Shown: positions 27,486 to 37,405, counted from the first letter of the stretch. The stretch is 42,030 bases of DNA from Pseudomonadota bacterium (GCA_038134595.1 JAYPVM010000003.1:1-42030), one strand, 5' to 3'. The notes: a model not told the origin generated them from the letters alone. Made by a program: numbers and translations.

Positions 27486-29021
27486 TCAGCGCCTCCCGAA
27501 AAGCATATTTCCGAGTGCGGCTTTTTTGTCGCGTATGAAAAATCGAAGGCTCCGACGCTGAGAGTTCATCCAGAGGAGAAAATATCCCCATTGGGAGAGT
27601 GTAAATTTCAGGACGTACGACCGAAGGCGGGGTAGGTGGCAGAACATATGTGTGAACATATGAATCTCGGTTTTGATAAACTGCTTTCCGGACTGCCTCG
27701 GGAAACGAAAGCTATGCGACCCATAGGCGGGGATTGGATTGCCTTGACGCCGCAGCGTCTCAATTACTCGGAAAGCCCGCCACCGTTTCTCCGTGCTCAT
27801 CATCTTATTACAAGCCAGAGCCTCTTTTCGTGTGACAGGTTCATTGATAATCGCACCTGACTTTGCACAATCAGAGATCGCCGCTTGCCCGCGAGGGGTT
27901 CGCACCAGAGCGAAACTCCAGCCCTTGTAGAAATCAATTCCGCTGTGTGGCGGCGCCATCCAGGGATCTCCAACTGCGATGTCAGCGAATTCAGCACTTG
28001 CATCAAAGCATGTTAAGCATCGGCTAGGAGTGTATAGGCGATAAATGATATTAATGACTTCCATTGATGAAGGTCGGTACCCCCGTTTTGCGCCAAAGTA
28101 TACCGGATAAAGAGAGCCATCATTCATCTCTAGGTGTGGAGTTCCCGGATGTTTCCCAACTCGGGAGATAAATTTTTTGGCACTAGAACGCTTATCTCCG
28201 AGTGTATTCCAAATAATGGAATACGCCTCGTGCTCCACGGCAGCATGACAGAAAAGACCTATGGTAAGGACGACTCGGTCGCGAATACGGGGATCCAACT
28301 CCGCTGCTTTAACGAATCCGTGGATTTGACACGGCAATCCTACCAGAGCATATCTACCCGGCATAGTACGGATTTCAGCAAAGGCTGAGTTGGTTGGACA
28401 GATTGCATACTTGGACTTCATCGCATCGAAAAGCTTCTCTTTGGTGCGCGCCACGATGGGTTTTCCCTTCCACAGTTCATCGGGATCAGAGACGATAACT
28501 ATTGCTCCATCTATTTGGTTTGTTTCTAGCAAATAGATTAAGAGCGCAGTAACCAGTCCTCCGCTGGTAGAGTTTTCTCGGATAGTTGTGTCGGTTGCAT
28601 ACGACAAATAGCTCTCAAGGAAGTGGCCGTGGGTTTTTGTTATGTCCGGTTCCGACTCATACGTTTGTTCGTATGCAGTCGTTATATCAAATTCATCTCC
28701 CGGACACACTTTCACGCACAGATCGCAGTCGGTACAGGCGGCAAGATTTCGCACTTTGGGATACTCCTCATCATCTAATCCCAGTACGCCTGTAGGGCAT
28801 ATACCGATACATGTTCCGCAGCGGTGACATAGACCTCCTTCTACTATTTTGGCGAGACTACGCAAAGCGCGGGGCGTTTTTGAATCGCGATCCGAGGCCC
28901 ATGAAAATTCTTTCGTAAATTCGCTTGGTCTTCGAAGCGACTGGATTTTATCCTCACTAGAGACAATTTTTAGTCTCTTTGAGGTTTTTCTAATTGCTGT
29001 CGACGTTGCACTATCAGTCAT
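27486..29021 (-). CDS. Coenzyme F420 hydrogenase/dehydrogenase beta-subunit (FrhB/FdhB) family Fe-S protein
   Basis: Two CxxCxxCxxxCP ferredoxin motifs, STSGGLVT, SKY, GLPCQ, IGLFC, RCLTC.D...ADIAVGDPW. Confidence 0.9.
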   Translation of the reverse strand: MTDSATSTAIRKTSKRLKIVSSEDKIQSLRRPSEFTKEFSWASDRDSKTPRALRSLAKIVEGGLCHRCGTCIGICPTGVLGLDDEEYPKVRNLAACTDCDLCVKVCPGDEFDITTAYEQTYESEPDITKTHGHFLESYLSYATDTTIRENSTSGGLVTALLIYLLETNQIDGAIVIVSDPDELWKGKPIVARTKEKLFDAMKSKYAICPTNSAFAEIRTMPGRYALVGLPCQIHGFVKAAELDPRIRDRVVLTIGLFCHAAVEHEAYSIIWNTLGDKRSSAKKFISRVGKHPGTPHLEMNDGSLYPVYFGAKRGYRPSSMEVINIIYRLYTPSRCLTCFDASAEFADIAVGDPWMAPPHSGIDFYKGWSFALVRTPRGQAAISDCAKSGAIINEPVTRKEALACNKMMSTEKRWRAFRVIETLRRQGNPIPAYGSHSFRFPRQSGKQFIKTEIHMFTHMFCHLPRLRSYVLKFTLSQWGYFLLWMNSQRRSLRFFIRDKKAALGNMLFGRR

Positions 29022-29787
29022 TGTCTACCCTAGCACGAACAAATTTGACCAAAACCGGAGAACCGAACAGTTTTGTAAGTCCACATACTCGGGCATATTT
29101 TTCAAGGTTGCGAGACCAATCTGGGGAAGCTAATGCTCTATGTACTCCCATTGGAAAAAAGAATTGTTTTTGTACTTTCGTGCGAACGAATCCGTGCTTG
29201 CGGAATTCTTTCTCAAGAGTTCGCAAGCAAAATGTAGTGTAATTTCTGGTATTACCCTCTAGTTTCCGTTTTAAGAAAAAGAGGAGGGGCGAAAACATAT
29301 TTGCACTACACCATGTTGGATAATCAAATACGACCGAATGTCGTGCCACTCGACACATCTGAGCTATAAGCGTTTCCCATGATCCGCAGTGGCTCATTAT
29401 TCGTACGCTCATTACACAATCAAATGATCTGTCTGAAAACGGAGGGGCAACTAAGTCGCCTAGGGCAAACTTCACTTTTCCTGAATTAACCAAATCTTGG
29501 ATGCGGTGAGAGCACATTGGGTCGGTACCCAGAACCGTTACCTTCCTCCTGCGAAGAGCTAGTGGTCGTGCTAACTGGCCGTGGCCACCACCGATGTCTA
29601 AGACTGTTAATGCATTCTGCGGTAAAAGAGATAATACACCAGATTCTTGCACCGAGAGCATCCAGGCACCAACCTCTCCCGAAAATCGCCTAGCGTACTG
29701 GTCTGATGACGAGTGCTGATCAGCTATCTCTGTGTACGTAACTTGTTTGACGGGGCGAGGAGCCGACGGTGCCGTTACTTGTTCCAT
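29014..29787 (-). CDS. Class I SAM-dependent methyltransferase
   Basis: LDIGGGHG motif I, PFSDRSFD.V. Confidence 0.85.
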   Translation of the reverse strand: MEQVTAPSAPRPVKQVTYTEIADQHSSSDQYARRFSGEVGAWMLSVQESGVLSLLPQNALTVLDIGGGHGQLARPLALRRRKVTVLGTDPMCSHRIQDLVNSGKVKFALGDLVAPPFSDRSFDCVMSVRIMSHCGSWETLIAQMCRVARHSVVFDYPTWCSANMFSPLLFFLKRKLEGNTRNYTTFCLRTLEKEFRKHGFVRTKVQKQFFFPMGVHRALASPDWSRNLEKYARVCGLTKLFGSPVLVKFVRARVDND

Positions 29788-29832
29788 TAATCACCAGGCA
29801 TTTAGCGAGTTAGGCTTATAAAAAGCGTAGCA

Positions 29833-29862
29833 AGTATAAAGGGTTATTGAGGGAAAAAGCAA
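29833..29862 (-). promoter_or_regulatory. Putative sigma70 promoter of the methyltransferase-FrhB-GT4-SGNH operon
   Basis: Minus strand TTGCTT-18bp-TATACT. Confidence 0.5.
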
Positions 29863-30148
29863 GTCAAAGAGGGATTCGGCATGCGAACCGGTTGTATTTC
29901 AGTATCAGCAGGTTTCCATGAAATTTTATTGCCGGCGAGGATAGTGAACTTTCGTATAAATCTGAAGTCTGCGAGATAAGTGGTTTAAAATTGATACCTT
30001 ATGGATGTCTTTTGTTTAGATGGTGATTGAAGACCGTAGTAATTCAACTATCAAGAAATTCTAAAGATACGACGAATACTTTTTATACTGGAGTAAGCCA
30101 GTGCTTTTCGATTGATCATTTTTGCTTCTGAGTGAGGGGGAATAAAAG

Positions 30149-30457
30149 ATGGAATTTCCAACAGAGATAATTGGCGATAAGGCCTACATACGGGTGACAA
30201 GTGATCTGGATACTGAGCTGGCTGGAGAGGCGCTACGGAGCGCATTTAACCAGATGTATGAGCAGGGAAAACGAACGATCATTCTTGATTTATCCGGTGC
30301 GCAAATCGTCAATAGTTACGGAATTGGAAAGGTGCTTAGTTGCTATCAAAAGCTCAAGGCTGAACAGGGAGTTCTCATGGTGAAGCCTCTTGATGGTTTT
30401 GTTAAAGAGACCTTTGAACTTCTCATGTTAGATAAGTTGTTGCCGGTTGACGAGTAG
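30149..30457 (+). CDS. STAS-domain anti-sigma-factor antagonist
   Basis: IILDLSG...VNSYGIG (DSSGLG-like, Ser kept); 102 aa; GAGGGG RBS. Confidence 0.85.
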   Translation: MEFPTEIIGDKAYIRVTSDLDTELAGEALRSAFNQMYEQGKRTIILDLSGAQIVNSYGIGKVLSCYQKLKAEQGVLMVKPLDGFVKETFELLMLDKLLPVDE

Positions 30458-30505
30458 TGATAGGCAAAGCTTTTTGGGGATCTAATAATTGGTAATCATA
30501 CGGCT

Positions 30506-31429
30506 ATGACTCCATATCGACCCAGCATTTTAGTAGCAGATAACGACGAGGCCAGTCGTGACGACTTGGCTGTATTCTTCTCTGAGAAGGGGTGGGATTG
30601 TAATGTTGTTAGTGATGCACAGCAGTTTGACAAAGAGCTCAATACAGAGGCTGAGTACGACCTTGTTATTGCAGATCCAGACATGCCTGGCTTGGACTTA
30701 ACAACGCTGATCATGGATGTATTCCGGCGCAAGCCCTCACAAGCATTGATCGTAGTGGGATCTTCCGCGGATACGAACAATGACATGCGGTTTATCCATA
30801 GTGGTATAACCGATGTAATCACAAAGCCAGTTGATTTCTCATTGATTGAGAGGTGTATCGAGCAAGCTGTACGGCTTCGTGATCAAGATGAGCGAGAACG
30901 CGTCAGTGCACGATTTATCGTCAGTGAACGGACAGAGATAAAATGTACGTGTCGCGAGCTTGCACAAGTCCAAGCCTTGGCCCTGCCGATTTTGGGGCGC
31001 CTTGTCGAGAGCGGATTATTAACATCGTATGAGGGGCTTAAAATTAGATTGGCGATACAGGAAGCTCTTTTAAATGCCATGGAGCATGGTAATTTGGAGC
31101 TAGATTCGAGGTGGAAGGAGGAGATTTGCGAGGATGGTGTAGATAGGTTCTCGCGAGTTCGAAAAGAGCGATTGGCAGATCCGACGTATGCTGACCGAAT
31201 AATCAGGTTTAAGAGTTTTTTTGATGGCTACCGATTAGAAATTACGATTCAAGATGAGGGAGAAGGATTTCTTGCTAGTGAGAGTTTTGTTCAAGATGTG
31301 GGAGAAAATCTCTCATGTTTCGGTCGCGGAATGACGTTGATGAACGATGCTGTTGATGAGGTGCGGTATGCTAACGGAGGATCCGAAGTTACACTTGTAA
31401 AGGTGCTCCGCAAATCTGGAGGGCAGTAA
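30506..31429 (+). CDS. Response-regulator receiver fused to RsbW-like HATPase (anti-sigma kinase)
   Basis: ILVADND, LVIADPDMPG, ITKP receiver; EALLNAMEHGN, DEGEGF, GRGMTLM HATPase_c_2 boxes. Confidence 0.88.
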   Translation: MTPYRPSILVADNDEASRDDLAVFFSEKGWDCNVVSDAQQFDKELNTEAEYDLVIADPDMPGLDLTTLIMDVFRRKPSQALIVVGSSADTNNDMRFIHSGITDVITKPVDFSLIERCIEQAVRLRDQDERERVSARFIVSERTEIKCTCRELAQVQALALPILGRLVESGLLTSYEGLKIRLAIQEALLNAMEHGNLELDSRWKEEICEDGVDRFSRVRKERLADPTYADRIIRFKSFFDGYRLEITIQDEGEGFLASESFVQDVGENLSCFGRGMTLMNDAVDEVRYANGGSEVTLVKVLRKSGGQ

Positions 31430-31432
31430 AAT

Positions 31433-31768
31433 ATGGCTCTAAAATTTCGAGTGCGTGGTTTAGCAGAAACGTTTGTGGACTCCATTTTATGTCCTGGCTG
31501 TGGCGTTGCCTGTACAGATGATCAGTATTTTTCAACCGATCTTACAAAGGTCACCTTCGAGGGGATCGTAGTTGTTGTTCAATGTAAAATTTGCTCTGAA
31601 ATATTCGTACCCTCAATGCAAAGACTTGGCGTGCTTGATTATTCGGCGCTTTGTATAGCTGTAGAAAAGGATAGCCTCGACAGTAGAAGCGCTATTCTAC
31701 CAACATTGACCGCTGTCAGGCTAAACGCTGAGCGACTCAATGCTGAAAGAAAAAACTCTCTCCATTAA
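31433..31768 (+). CDS. Hypothetical Zn-ribbon protein
   Basis: CPGC...CKIC; starts 3 nt after the upstream stop. Confidence 0.65.
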   Translation: MALKFRVRGLAETFVDSILCPGCGVACTDDQYFSTDLTKVTFEGIVVVVQCKICSEIFVPSMQRLGVLDYSALCIAVEKDSLDSRSAILPTLTAVRLNAERLNAERKNSLH

Positions 31769-31938
31769 TGGACTGGTATTCGCTTTGAACGGCACTACGG
31801 ATTTTTCACGTTCGAACTAGTGGTATTCTGCCCGATAGGAACGGGCAACCACGAGCAAATCGCTAACCACGAATTGAAAAAAATAATGACAGGCGATCCG
31901 GGATGATGGGCGTTGGAATATGTAGAGCCTCTCTTAGC

Positions 31939-32184
31939 TTATGCTTTTGTAACGTCCTTAAGCGATAGGTTGTACCGCCGCAACGTAGCTGTAAGACCAA
32001 GCTTGTCGATAGTGCGCAGTACCCGGGTCGACACCTTTAGGCGAACCTTTTTTCCGAGTTCTGGTACAAATACTCTTTTAGTTTGAATATTTGCATCGAA
32101 CTTGTGGTGTGTCTTGTTGTTAGCGTGACTGACACGATTTCCGTTTTGATGAGATATTCCTGATATTGCACAACGTCGAGACAT
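31939..32184 (-). CDS. rpmB: 50S ribosomal protein L28
   Basis: MSRRC..SG...GNRVSHANNKT...F..N, VSTR.LRTIDK.G. Confidence 0.96.
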   Translation of the reverse strand: MSRRCAISGISHQNGNRVSHANNKTHHKFDANIQTKRVFVPELGKKVRLKVSTRVLRTIDKLGLTATLRRYNLSLKDVTKA

Positions 32185-32222
32185 AACTAGCTCTTCTGAA
32201 TAAGTAAAAATTAATAGGCCGA

Positions 32223-32251
32223 ATCATATATGGCGAGTGTGATAATGTCAA
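32223..32251 (-). promoter_or_regulatory. Strong sigma70 promoter of rpmB
   Basis: Minus strand TTGACA-17bp-TATGAT. Confidence 0.8.
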
Positions 32252-32291
32252 AATACTCAGTGGAAAATATAACCACCTGAAATAACAGTGC

Positions 32292-33326
32292 TTAGTAGAG
32301 TAGTAAATCGTCAATAACAGGATTTCTACCGTTTCGGGACTTTAGATGCGCACTCGCCATGAAGCTGCTGGTACCAAATTCAACCTTTGCAATAACAAAA
32401 AACTCGTTTCCCTGGGCAACTAAGCGAGGTCGAATTTGTGAGGCAATATCACTTTCTATGCAAGCACTAATCTGACTGCCATAGTTTTGATTAAAAGGGC
32501 CACCATTCTCTGGATTGCGACATTGAATAAGTAGAGCTGCTTCTCCACCCGATGCTGATGGAGCTAGCCCCTGAATGAGGGCTTGTAGTACATCCTGTGA
32601 AGCTGCATTGATATTGATGGCACTCTTCGAGCGTATCGATACAAACGGCAGAATACACTGTATCCTATCATCAGTGTAGCCGGGCAGGATGCTTAGCTCG
32701 TTTGAGAGCGATTCTAGTTTCCCATCGTTTCGAAACTCTACGCCAACGGGTAAGCTCCCCTCAATTCCCTCTGCCGAGAAATCACCTGCAGAATAACTAT
32801 CTTTATCAAAATCAAGATAATCAATCAGATTAGCGACCATCTGTTCAACTGTAATGATTTCTCGATTGTTCTGTTGCGCCGGTTGATTCTCAAAGCCAAG
32901 GTTTTTAAATAGTGCAACCAAAACATCTCGCCAACCACTGTCAGGCGCCGTTGGAGATACTAAGGAGAGCAGTGGAATCTTTCCGCTCTCCGGTGCTATC
33001 ATGAGAGAAACTTTACTGTTTGGTTCGGCAAGACCTATTAATTCTCCCGGAACAGTTGCGCCCTCTCGAAACTGCATCCAGGCGTCTTGTGTTGGATCAT
33101 CGTATTGTGTCTTGTCTACTTTGATCAATGTTTGGGCAACGTTGATAGCCGATTTCAGTATGTATTCAGCTTTGACTCTCTGCTCGGCGGAGCGGTTTAA
33201 CCTCATCGCAACGTAGGTCGAGTCCGTAAGCGCCATTAAAACCCCGGAGGCAATGGTAATCATCAGGACCACCATGAGTAGGGCGACACCTCTTTCGTTT
33301 TTTATTGAGCTAGCACGTTGTTTCAT
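32292..33326 (-). CDS. gspK: Type II secretion minor pseudopilin GspK
   Basis: Prepilin site ERG/VALLMVVL, ESGKI, LIDYLD.D, ININAAS..VL.AL. Confidence 0.85.
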   Translation of the reverse strand: MKQRASSIKNERGVALLMVVLMITIASGVLMALTDSTYVAMRLNRSAEQRVKAEYILKSAINVAQTLIKVDKTQYDDPTQDAWMQFREGATVPGELIGLAEPNSKVSLMIAPESGKIPLLSLVSPTAPDSGWRDVLVALFKNLGFENQPAQQNNREIITVEQMVANLIDYLDFDKDSYSAGDFSAEGIEGSLPVGVEFRNDGKLESLSNELSILPGYTDDRIQCILPFVSIRSKSAININAASQDVLQALIQGLAPSASGGEAALLIQCRNPENGGPFNQNYGSQISACIESDIASQIRPRLVAQGNEFFVIAKVEFGTSSFMASAHLKSRNGRNPVIDDLLLY

Positions 33327-33536
33327 TTTTTGGCTATTCTAGATACGAACCATAGGTTGAGCAAGTGGATTTAGCTGTAGACTAGCCCTTTCTTAACTGA
33401 CCAAGATCATTTCATGGTAGTTAAATGGCGATTTGTCACTTTCTGCATTTGCTTAAATGTGGATCGAGCGGTAAGGAAGCCCATAGCGTGATGGATGCGT
33501 ATGTCCCATTATGATGAGAACAAGAGGAAGTAAGCT

Positions 33537-33890
33537 ATGCACACAGCTGTTGTAATCGAAGATGATACGCTAACAGCGATCATGATCTCTGACTTATTGA
33601 AGTCGGAGGGTTTGGTAAGCAAAATTTTTTGCTCTACCGATGATGCGTGGCACTACTGCGAGAAGCTCCCTCCTGAATTACTCATTTTTGACTGGTGTGT
33701 GCCCGGCACTATCTCTCCCGATATTCTTATAAGGAAGATTCAGGAAATGGATGTGGGAACAAGATGTATTTGTATCTCAGGGCTCGATACATCAGAGTTG
33801 CGGCAGTTGACTGGCAACGATCTGGCTATTGAATTTATGCCTAAACCTGTCCATTACGAACAACTGCTATCGGATATCCGACCATCCTAA
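33537..33890 (+). CDS. Single-domain response regulator (CheY-like)
   Basis: VIEDD, LLIFDW..PG, ISG, KP; GAGGA RBS. Confidence 0.85.
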   Translation: MHTAVVIEDDTLTAIMISDLLKSEGLVSKIFCSTDDAWHYCEKLPPELLIFDWCVPGTISPDILIRKIQEMDVGTRCICISGLDTSELRQLTGNDLAIEFMPKPVHYEQLLSDIRPS

Positions 33891-33914
33891 TTCAACTGGT
33901 ACGTTAGCGAGAGG

Positions 33915-33938
33915 TGAGAAGATGATCCTTCTCATTTT
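33915..33938 (+). terminator. Possible intrinsic terminator
   Basis: TGAGAAG-6nt-CTTCTCA hairpin followed by TTTT. Confidence 0.4.
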
Positions 33939-34024
33939 GCGTGACTATCTTGGTGTTACGATGAGCCAATCAAGAAAGCGGTAGGAATCTATCGCAGTAG
34001 TTGTTGTAGAAGTAGGGGTGTGTA

Positions 34025-34243
34025 GTGATGAAGTCCGACGAATATATTCGAGGTGTTATTGATAGTATTTATCAAGATCGACTGAAAGAGCCACTTGTTT
34101 TGCAGGGCGCGTTCTTTCCAGCAGCACAGGCCATTATAGAACAAGTTGAGTCTCCAATGAAGGAGGAAGCGTTTGTTAGGTTAGCTACACTTACACACCC
34201 TGCCGGAAAGGAGCCTTCCGAACTGGAGAGTAACGTAGCATGA
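34025..34243 (+). CDS. Small hypothetical protein
   Basis: 72-aa ORF with AGGGG RBS-like site, fills an otherwise empty gap, protein-like composition. Confidence 0.45.
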   Translation: MMKSDEYIRGVIDSIYQDRLKEPLVLQGAFFPAAQAIIEQVESPMKEEAFVRLATLTHPAGKEPSELESNVA

Positions 34244-34299
34244 CAAAGTAACTTTGGGACGGTGCGATCCGGTAATCGGCCAGGTGTTGAACGAAACAC

Positions 34300-35145
34300 T
34301 TAGGTGTATGAGTAAAAACCGCGCCCAGATTTCTTGCCATGCCATCCGGCATCAACATAGGAAGCAAGGAGGGGACAAGGGCGATATTTATCTTCCCCTA
34401 ACTCTCGATGCAAAAGCTGAAGGATGTAGAGAAGTGTGTCTAGACCGACAAAATCAGCAAGAGTTAGGGGTCCCATAGGTTGGTTGGTGCCTAACTTCAT
34501 CGCTGTGTCAACGTCTTCCGGGCGCACACCCTCTTGTACGAGAAAGATAGCTTCGTTAATCATGGGGCATAAGATTCGGTTTACGATAAATCCTGGCGTA
34601 TCAATACCGAGTACGGTGGTTTTTTCGATTGTTTTACAGAGATGTATGATGGTTTCATAGGTTTTATCGTTTGTTTGTAGTCCACGGATGATCTCGACTA
34701 GTTTCATCACCGGGACTGGATTCATAAAATGGACCCCAATAAACTGCTCGGGTCGTTTGGTTGCCGCCGCCATCTTTGTGATCGATATAGACGAAGTATT
34801 TGAGGCTAAAATACCCTCGGGTTTGATAATGCTATCCAATTGCTGAAAGAGGCTGGCCTTGATTTCAAACTGTTCGATTATCGCCTCAATGACAATATCG
34901 CAGTCAGCAAAGTCGTTGAGGTCAGAGGCATTAGAGAGGTTCTGGAGAGATTTTTCTGCATGCTCCTGGGAGATCTTGCCCTTAGAAGCTCCCTGCTGGA
35001 GACGAGACTGTATGCCGGCGATTCCACGGATTAGGCTCTCGGAATTAGAGTCATAGAGCAGTGTCGTGTGACCGCCCATTGCCATAACCTGGGCAATACC
35101 CGCCCCCATTTGTCCAGCTCCAATCACTCCTATCTTCTGTGTCAT
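34300..35145 (-). CDS. hbd: 3-hydroxybutyryl-CoA dehydrogenase
   Basis: GAGQMGAGIA, EAIIE, ASNTSSISI, HFMNPVPVMKLVE, PGFIVNR, PMGPL.LAD.VGLD, GKKSGRGFY. Confidence 0.93.
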   Translation of the reverse strand: MTQKIGVIGAGQMGAGIAQVMAMGGHTTLLYDSNSESLIRGIAGIQSRLQQGASKGKISQEHAEKSLQNLSNASDLNDFADCDIVIEAIIEQFEIKASLFQQLDSIIKPEGILASNTSSISITKMAAATKRPEQFIGVHFMNPVPVMKLVEIIRGLQTNDKTYETIIHLCKTIEKTTVLGIDTPGFIVNRILCPMINEAIFLVQEGVRPEDVDTAMKLGTNQPMGPLTLADFVGLDTLLYILQLLHRELGEDKYRPCPLLASYVDAGWHGKKSGRGFYSYT

Positions 35146-35413
35146 ATGCCTTGTTCTCCTATCTAGTTATCTCATGTGACTGGATTGCCTCAAGTTGTTA
35201 CGTGTTTTCAGAATCTAGCAAGAGCTAGTATCCCATTTTATGCCACAAGGACTCAACAGGCTTTCAGTGGGAGATTAATGGGAGCCGAAGACATCAGGAA
35301 AAGTTTGTGCTCTTGGACTAGAGTGTGGCACTCTATCGGGTGGCTTTGTGGTGTCGGCGCTGCTGCTGCTTGGAGCCAGCATTATGTAGAGATGTAAAGA
35401 GGGTATACTCATC

Positions 35414-36427
35414 ATGAAACAGTTGTTTGCAAAAGACCTTGCTATCGATCTCGGGACGGCAAATACCCTGATATACGAGAAAAGTCGGGGCGTTGTTTTA
35501 AATGAGCCATCGATGGTTGCGTTAAAGATTGTTGGGGGGAAAAGAACTCCGGTAGCCTATGGGTCTGAAGCGAAGGCGATGTTAGGAAAGACCCCGGAGG
35601 GTGTTGAAGTAATCCGTCCGGTCCGGACGGGAGTAATCGCTGACTTTGAGGTGGCCAGTCTTATGCTCCGCCACTTTATTTCGCAAGTAAGGGCACTTTC
35701 GTGGGCAATGATAAAGCCCCGTGTGATGGTAGGAGTACCGTGTGGAATTACAGAGGTTGAAAAGCGAGCTATCCGGGAGGCTGTGCAAGATCAGGCAAGA
35801 GAAGTTCGTCTTATCGATGAAGCGATGGCAGCAGCTATCGGATGTGAGCTGCCAATTGATGAGGCTACTGGCAACTTAGTTATTGATATTGGTGGTGGTA
35901 CTACTGACATTGCAGTTATAAGTCTAAAAGATGTGGTGTACTCTGTGTCGGTTCGGCAGGGAGGGGATGCTTTAGATGAAGCTATCATAAATTTTATCCG
36001 ACGAAGGCATCATTTATTAATAGGTGAAGCCACTGCGGAGAAAATTAAGAAGACGATTGGGACTGCTCATGCAGTACATGATGACGAGCTTATGGAGGTG
36101 CGAGGCCGGTCCTTAACACTTGGAGCCCCAGCAACGATAACGGTTAGTGGGGCTGAAATGCGGGAAGCGATGAATGAGGTTTTATCGCAGATTGTCCTGG
36201 CTGTTCGACAGGCGTTGGAACACACTCCGCCGGAGCTCTCGGGAGATATATTAAATCGCGGAGTTGCTTTGGCAGGTGGTGGAGCACTCGTCCGTGGGCT
36301 CAGTAGGCGTTTGTCGGAGGAACTGGAGATTGAGGTTACCGTGCCAGCTGATCCCTTGGCTGTTGTCGCGCAAGGGGCGGGTAGATGTTTGGATTCAACC
36401 GAGGTGTTTGGGGATGTTGGATTGTAG
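35414..36427 (+). CDS. mreB: MreB-family actin homologue
   Basis: AIDLGTANT, NEPS, GVIADF, ITEVEKRA, DIGGGTT, TPPELSGDI, LAGGGAL. Confidence 0.92.
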   Translation: MKQLFAKDLAIDLGTANTLIYEKSRGVVLNEPSMVALKIVGGKRTPVAYGSEAKAMLGKTPEGVEVIRPVRTGVIADFEVASLMLRHFISQVRALSWAMIKPRVMVGVPCGITEVEKRAIREAVQDQAREVRLIDEAMAAAIGCELPIDEATGNLVIDIGGGTTDIAVISLKDVVYSVSVRQGGDALDEAIINFIRRRHHLLIGEATAEKIKKTIGTAHAVHDDELMEVRGRSLTLGAPATITVSGAEMREAMNEVLSQIVLAVRQALEHTPPELSGDILNRGVALAGGGALVRGLSRRLSEELEIEVTVPADPLAVVAQGAGRCLDSTEVFGDVGL

Positions 36428-36457
36428 AGTCTAACCGGAGTTTTTTCCGGCATAGTT

Positions 36458-37405
36458 CTATGCCGCGCTGGTTGTTTCAACCTGTTGCAGAATCTTTAAG
36501 TCTCCCGAAAGCATCGCGATAACCCCTCCGACAATACTTGTTGTAGTGACTGCTAGGAGCCACACGGCACCAAACGCTGTGGCTTGTTCTGGTGAAAGTA
36601 TTGCGGGAGCAGCTGAAAGAAAGAACATGTAGGAATTTTCCCGAACCCCAAGTCCGTTCCAGCTGATGGGTAAACTACTTGCAATGTTTACCATTGGAAT
36701 AATAACAACCAAAAGAGTCAGAGGAATAGTAACACCGAGTCCTGCCGCCATAACTCCGTGCAGCCCAACCTGGAGTGCATGAAATACCAGTGAGATTCCA
36801 GAGATGGCGAGGATAGTCTTTCTATCCTGCGGAAAGAGCTTCGCTGCTTGTAATAGCTTGCTCTTGATGCCTAAGGAGCTGGGAAGGAGTTTGACGACTT
36901 GAGGGGTAAAGAACCAAACGCCAACAATGCATGTTACAATTACTGCAAGAGCGGCTGAAACAGCTGAAGGCACCCGCCCAGTCTCAAAGAGCAAGCTTCC
37001 AAGTAGTGCCACGATACTTAAGATTCCAAGGCCGTGAATGCGATCAGCCACAACGGCTGCAATACCCTCTGCTTTTTTAGGAATACCTTGAGACAAGAGA
37101 ATCCCTCGTGCCACATCGCCTCCTACTGTTCCGAGGCCGACACCAAAGCAATTTACAAACATGCCGATAAAATATGCCTTTAGTGCTCGACTGTAAGGAA
37201 CATCAATGTCGCCGGAACGAGCGATTATCCACCATTTAATGGAGCTGATAAGTTGGCCCAAAGCGTAACCTGCAACAACAACAACAACCGTTCCCAGCGA
37301 GATGTCTCTGAGGGTTGCGATGAGTTTTTCGATCGAGATAGAGAATGCCACTATTGCTATCATGCCTAGCGTAATTGCCGGCTTTATGAGTTGTTTTAGT
37401 CGCAT
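36458..37405 (-). CDS. UPF0104 / lysylphosphatidylglycerol-synthase TM (flippase-like) membrane protein
   Basis: Multiple TM segments, GGDVAR, ADR, LPISWNGLGVRE. Confidence 0.85.
   Translation of the reverse strand: MRLKQLIKPAITLGMIAIVAFSISIEKLIATLRDISLGTVVVVVAGYALGQLISSIKWWIIARSGDIDVPYSRALKAYFIGMFVNCFGVGLGTVGGDVARGILLSQGIPKKAEGIAAVVADRIHGLGILSIVALLGSLLFETGRVPSAVSAALAVIVTCIVGVWFFTPQVVKLLPSSLGIKSKLLQAAKLFPQDRKTILAISGISLVFHALQVGLHGVMAAGLGVTIPLTLLVVIIPMVNIASSLPISWNGLGVRENSYMFFLSAAPAILSPEQATAFGAVWLLAVTTTSIVGGVIAMLSGDLKILQQVETTSAA

Noticed and set aside
27486..29787. Chlorophyll biosynthesis (bchM/bciB) or methanogen-type F420 hydrogenase
   Set aside because: No photosynthesis or hydrogenase genes nearby; the context is glycosyltransferases.
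35176..35397. 73-aa ORF upstream of mreB
   Set aside because: Lies in a divergent promoter region with no RBS or protein-like signal.
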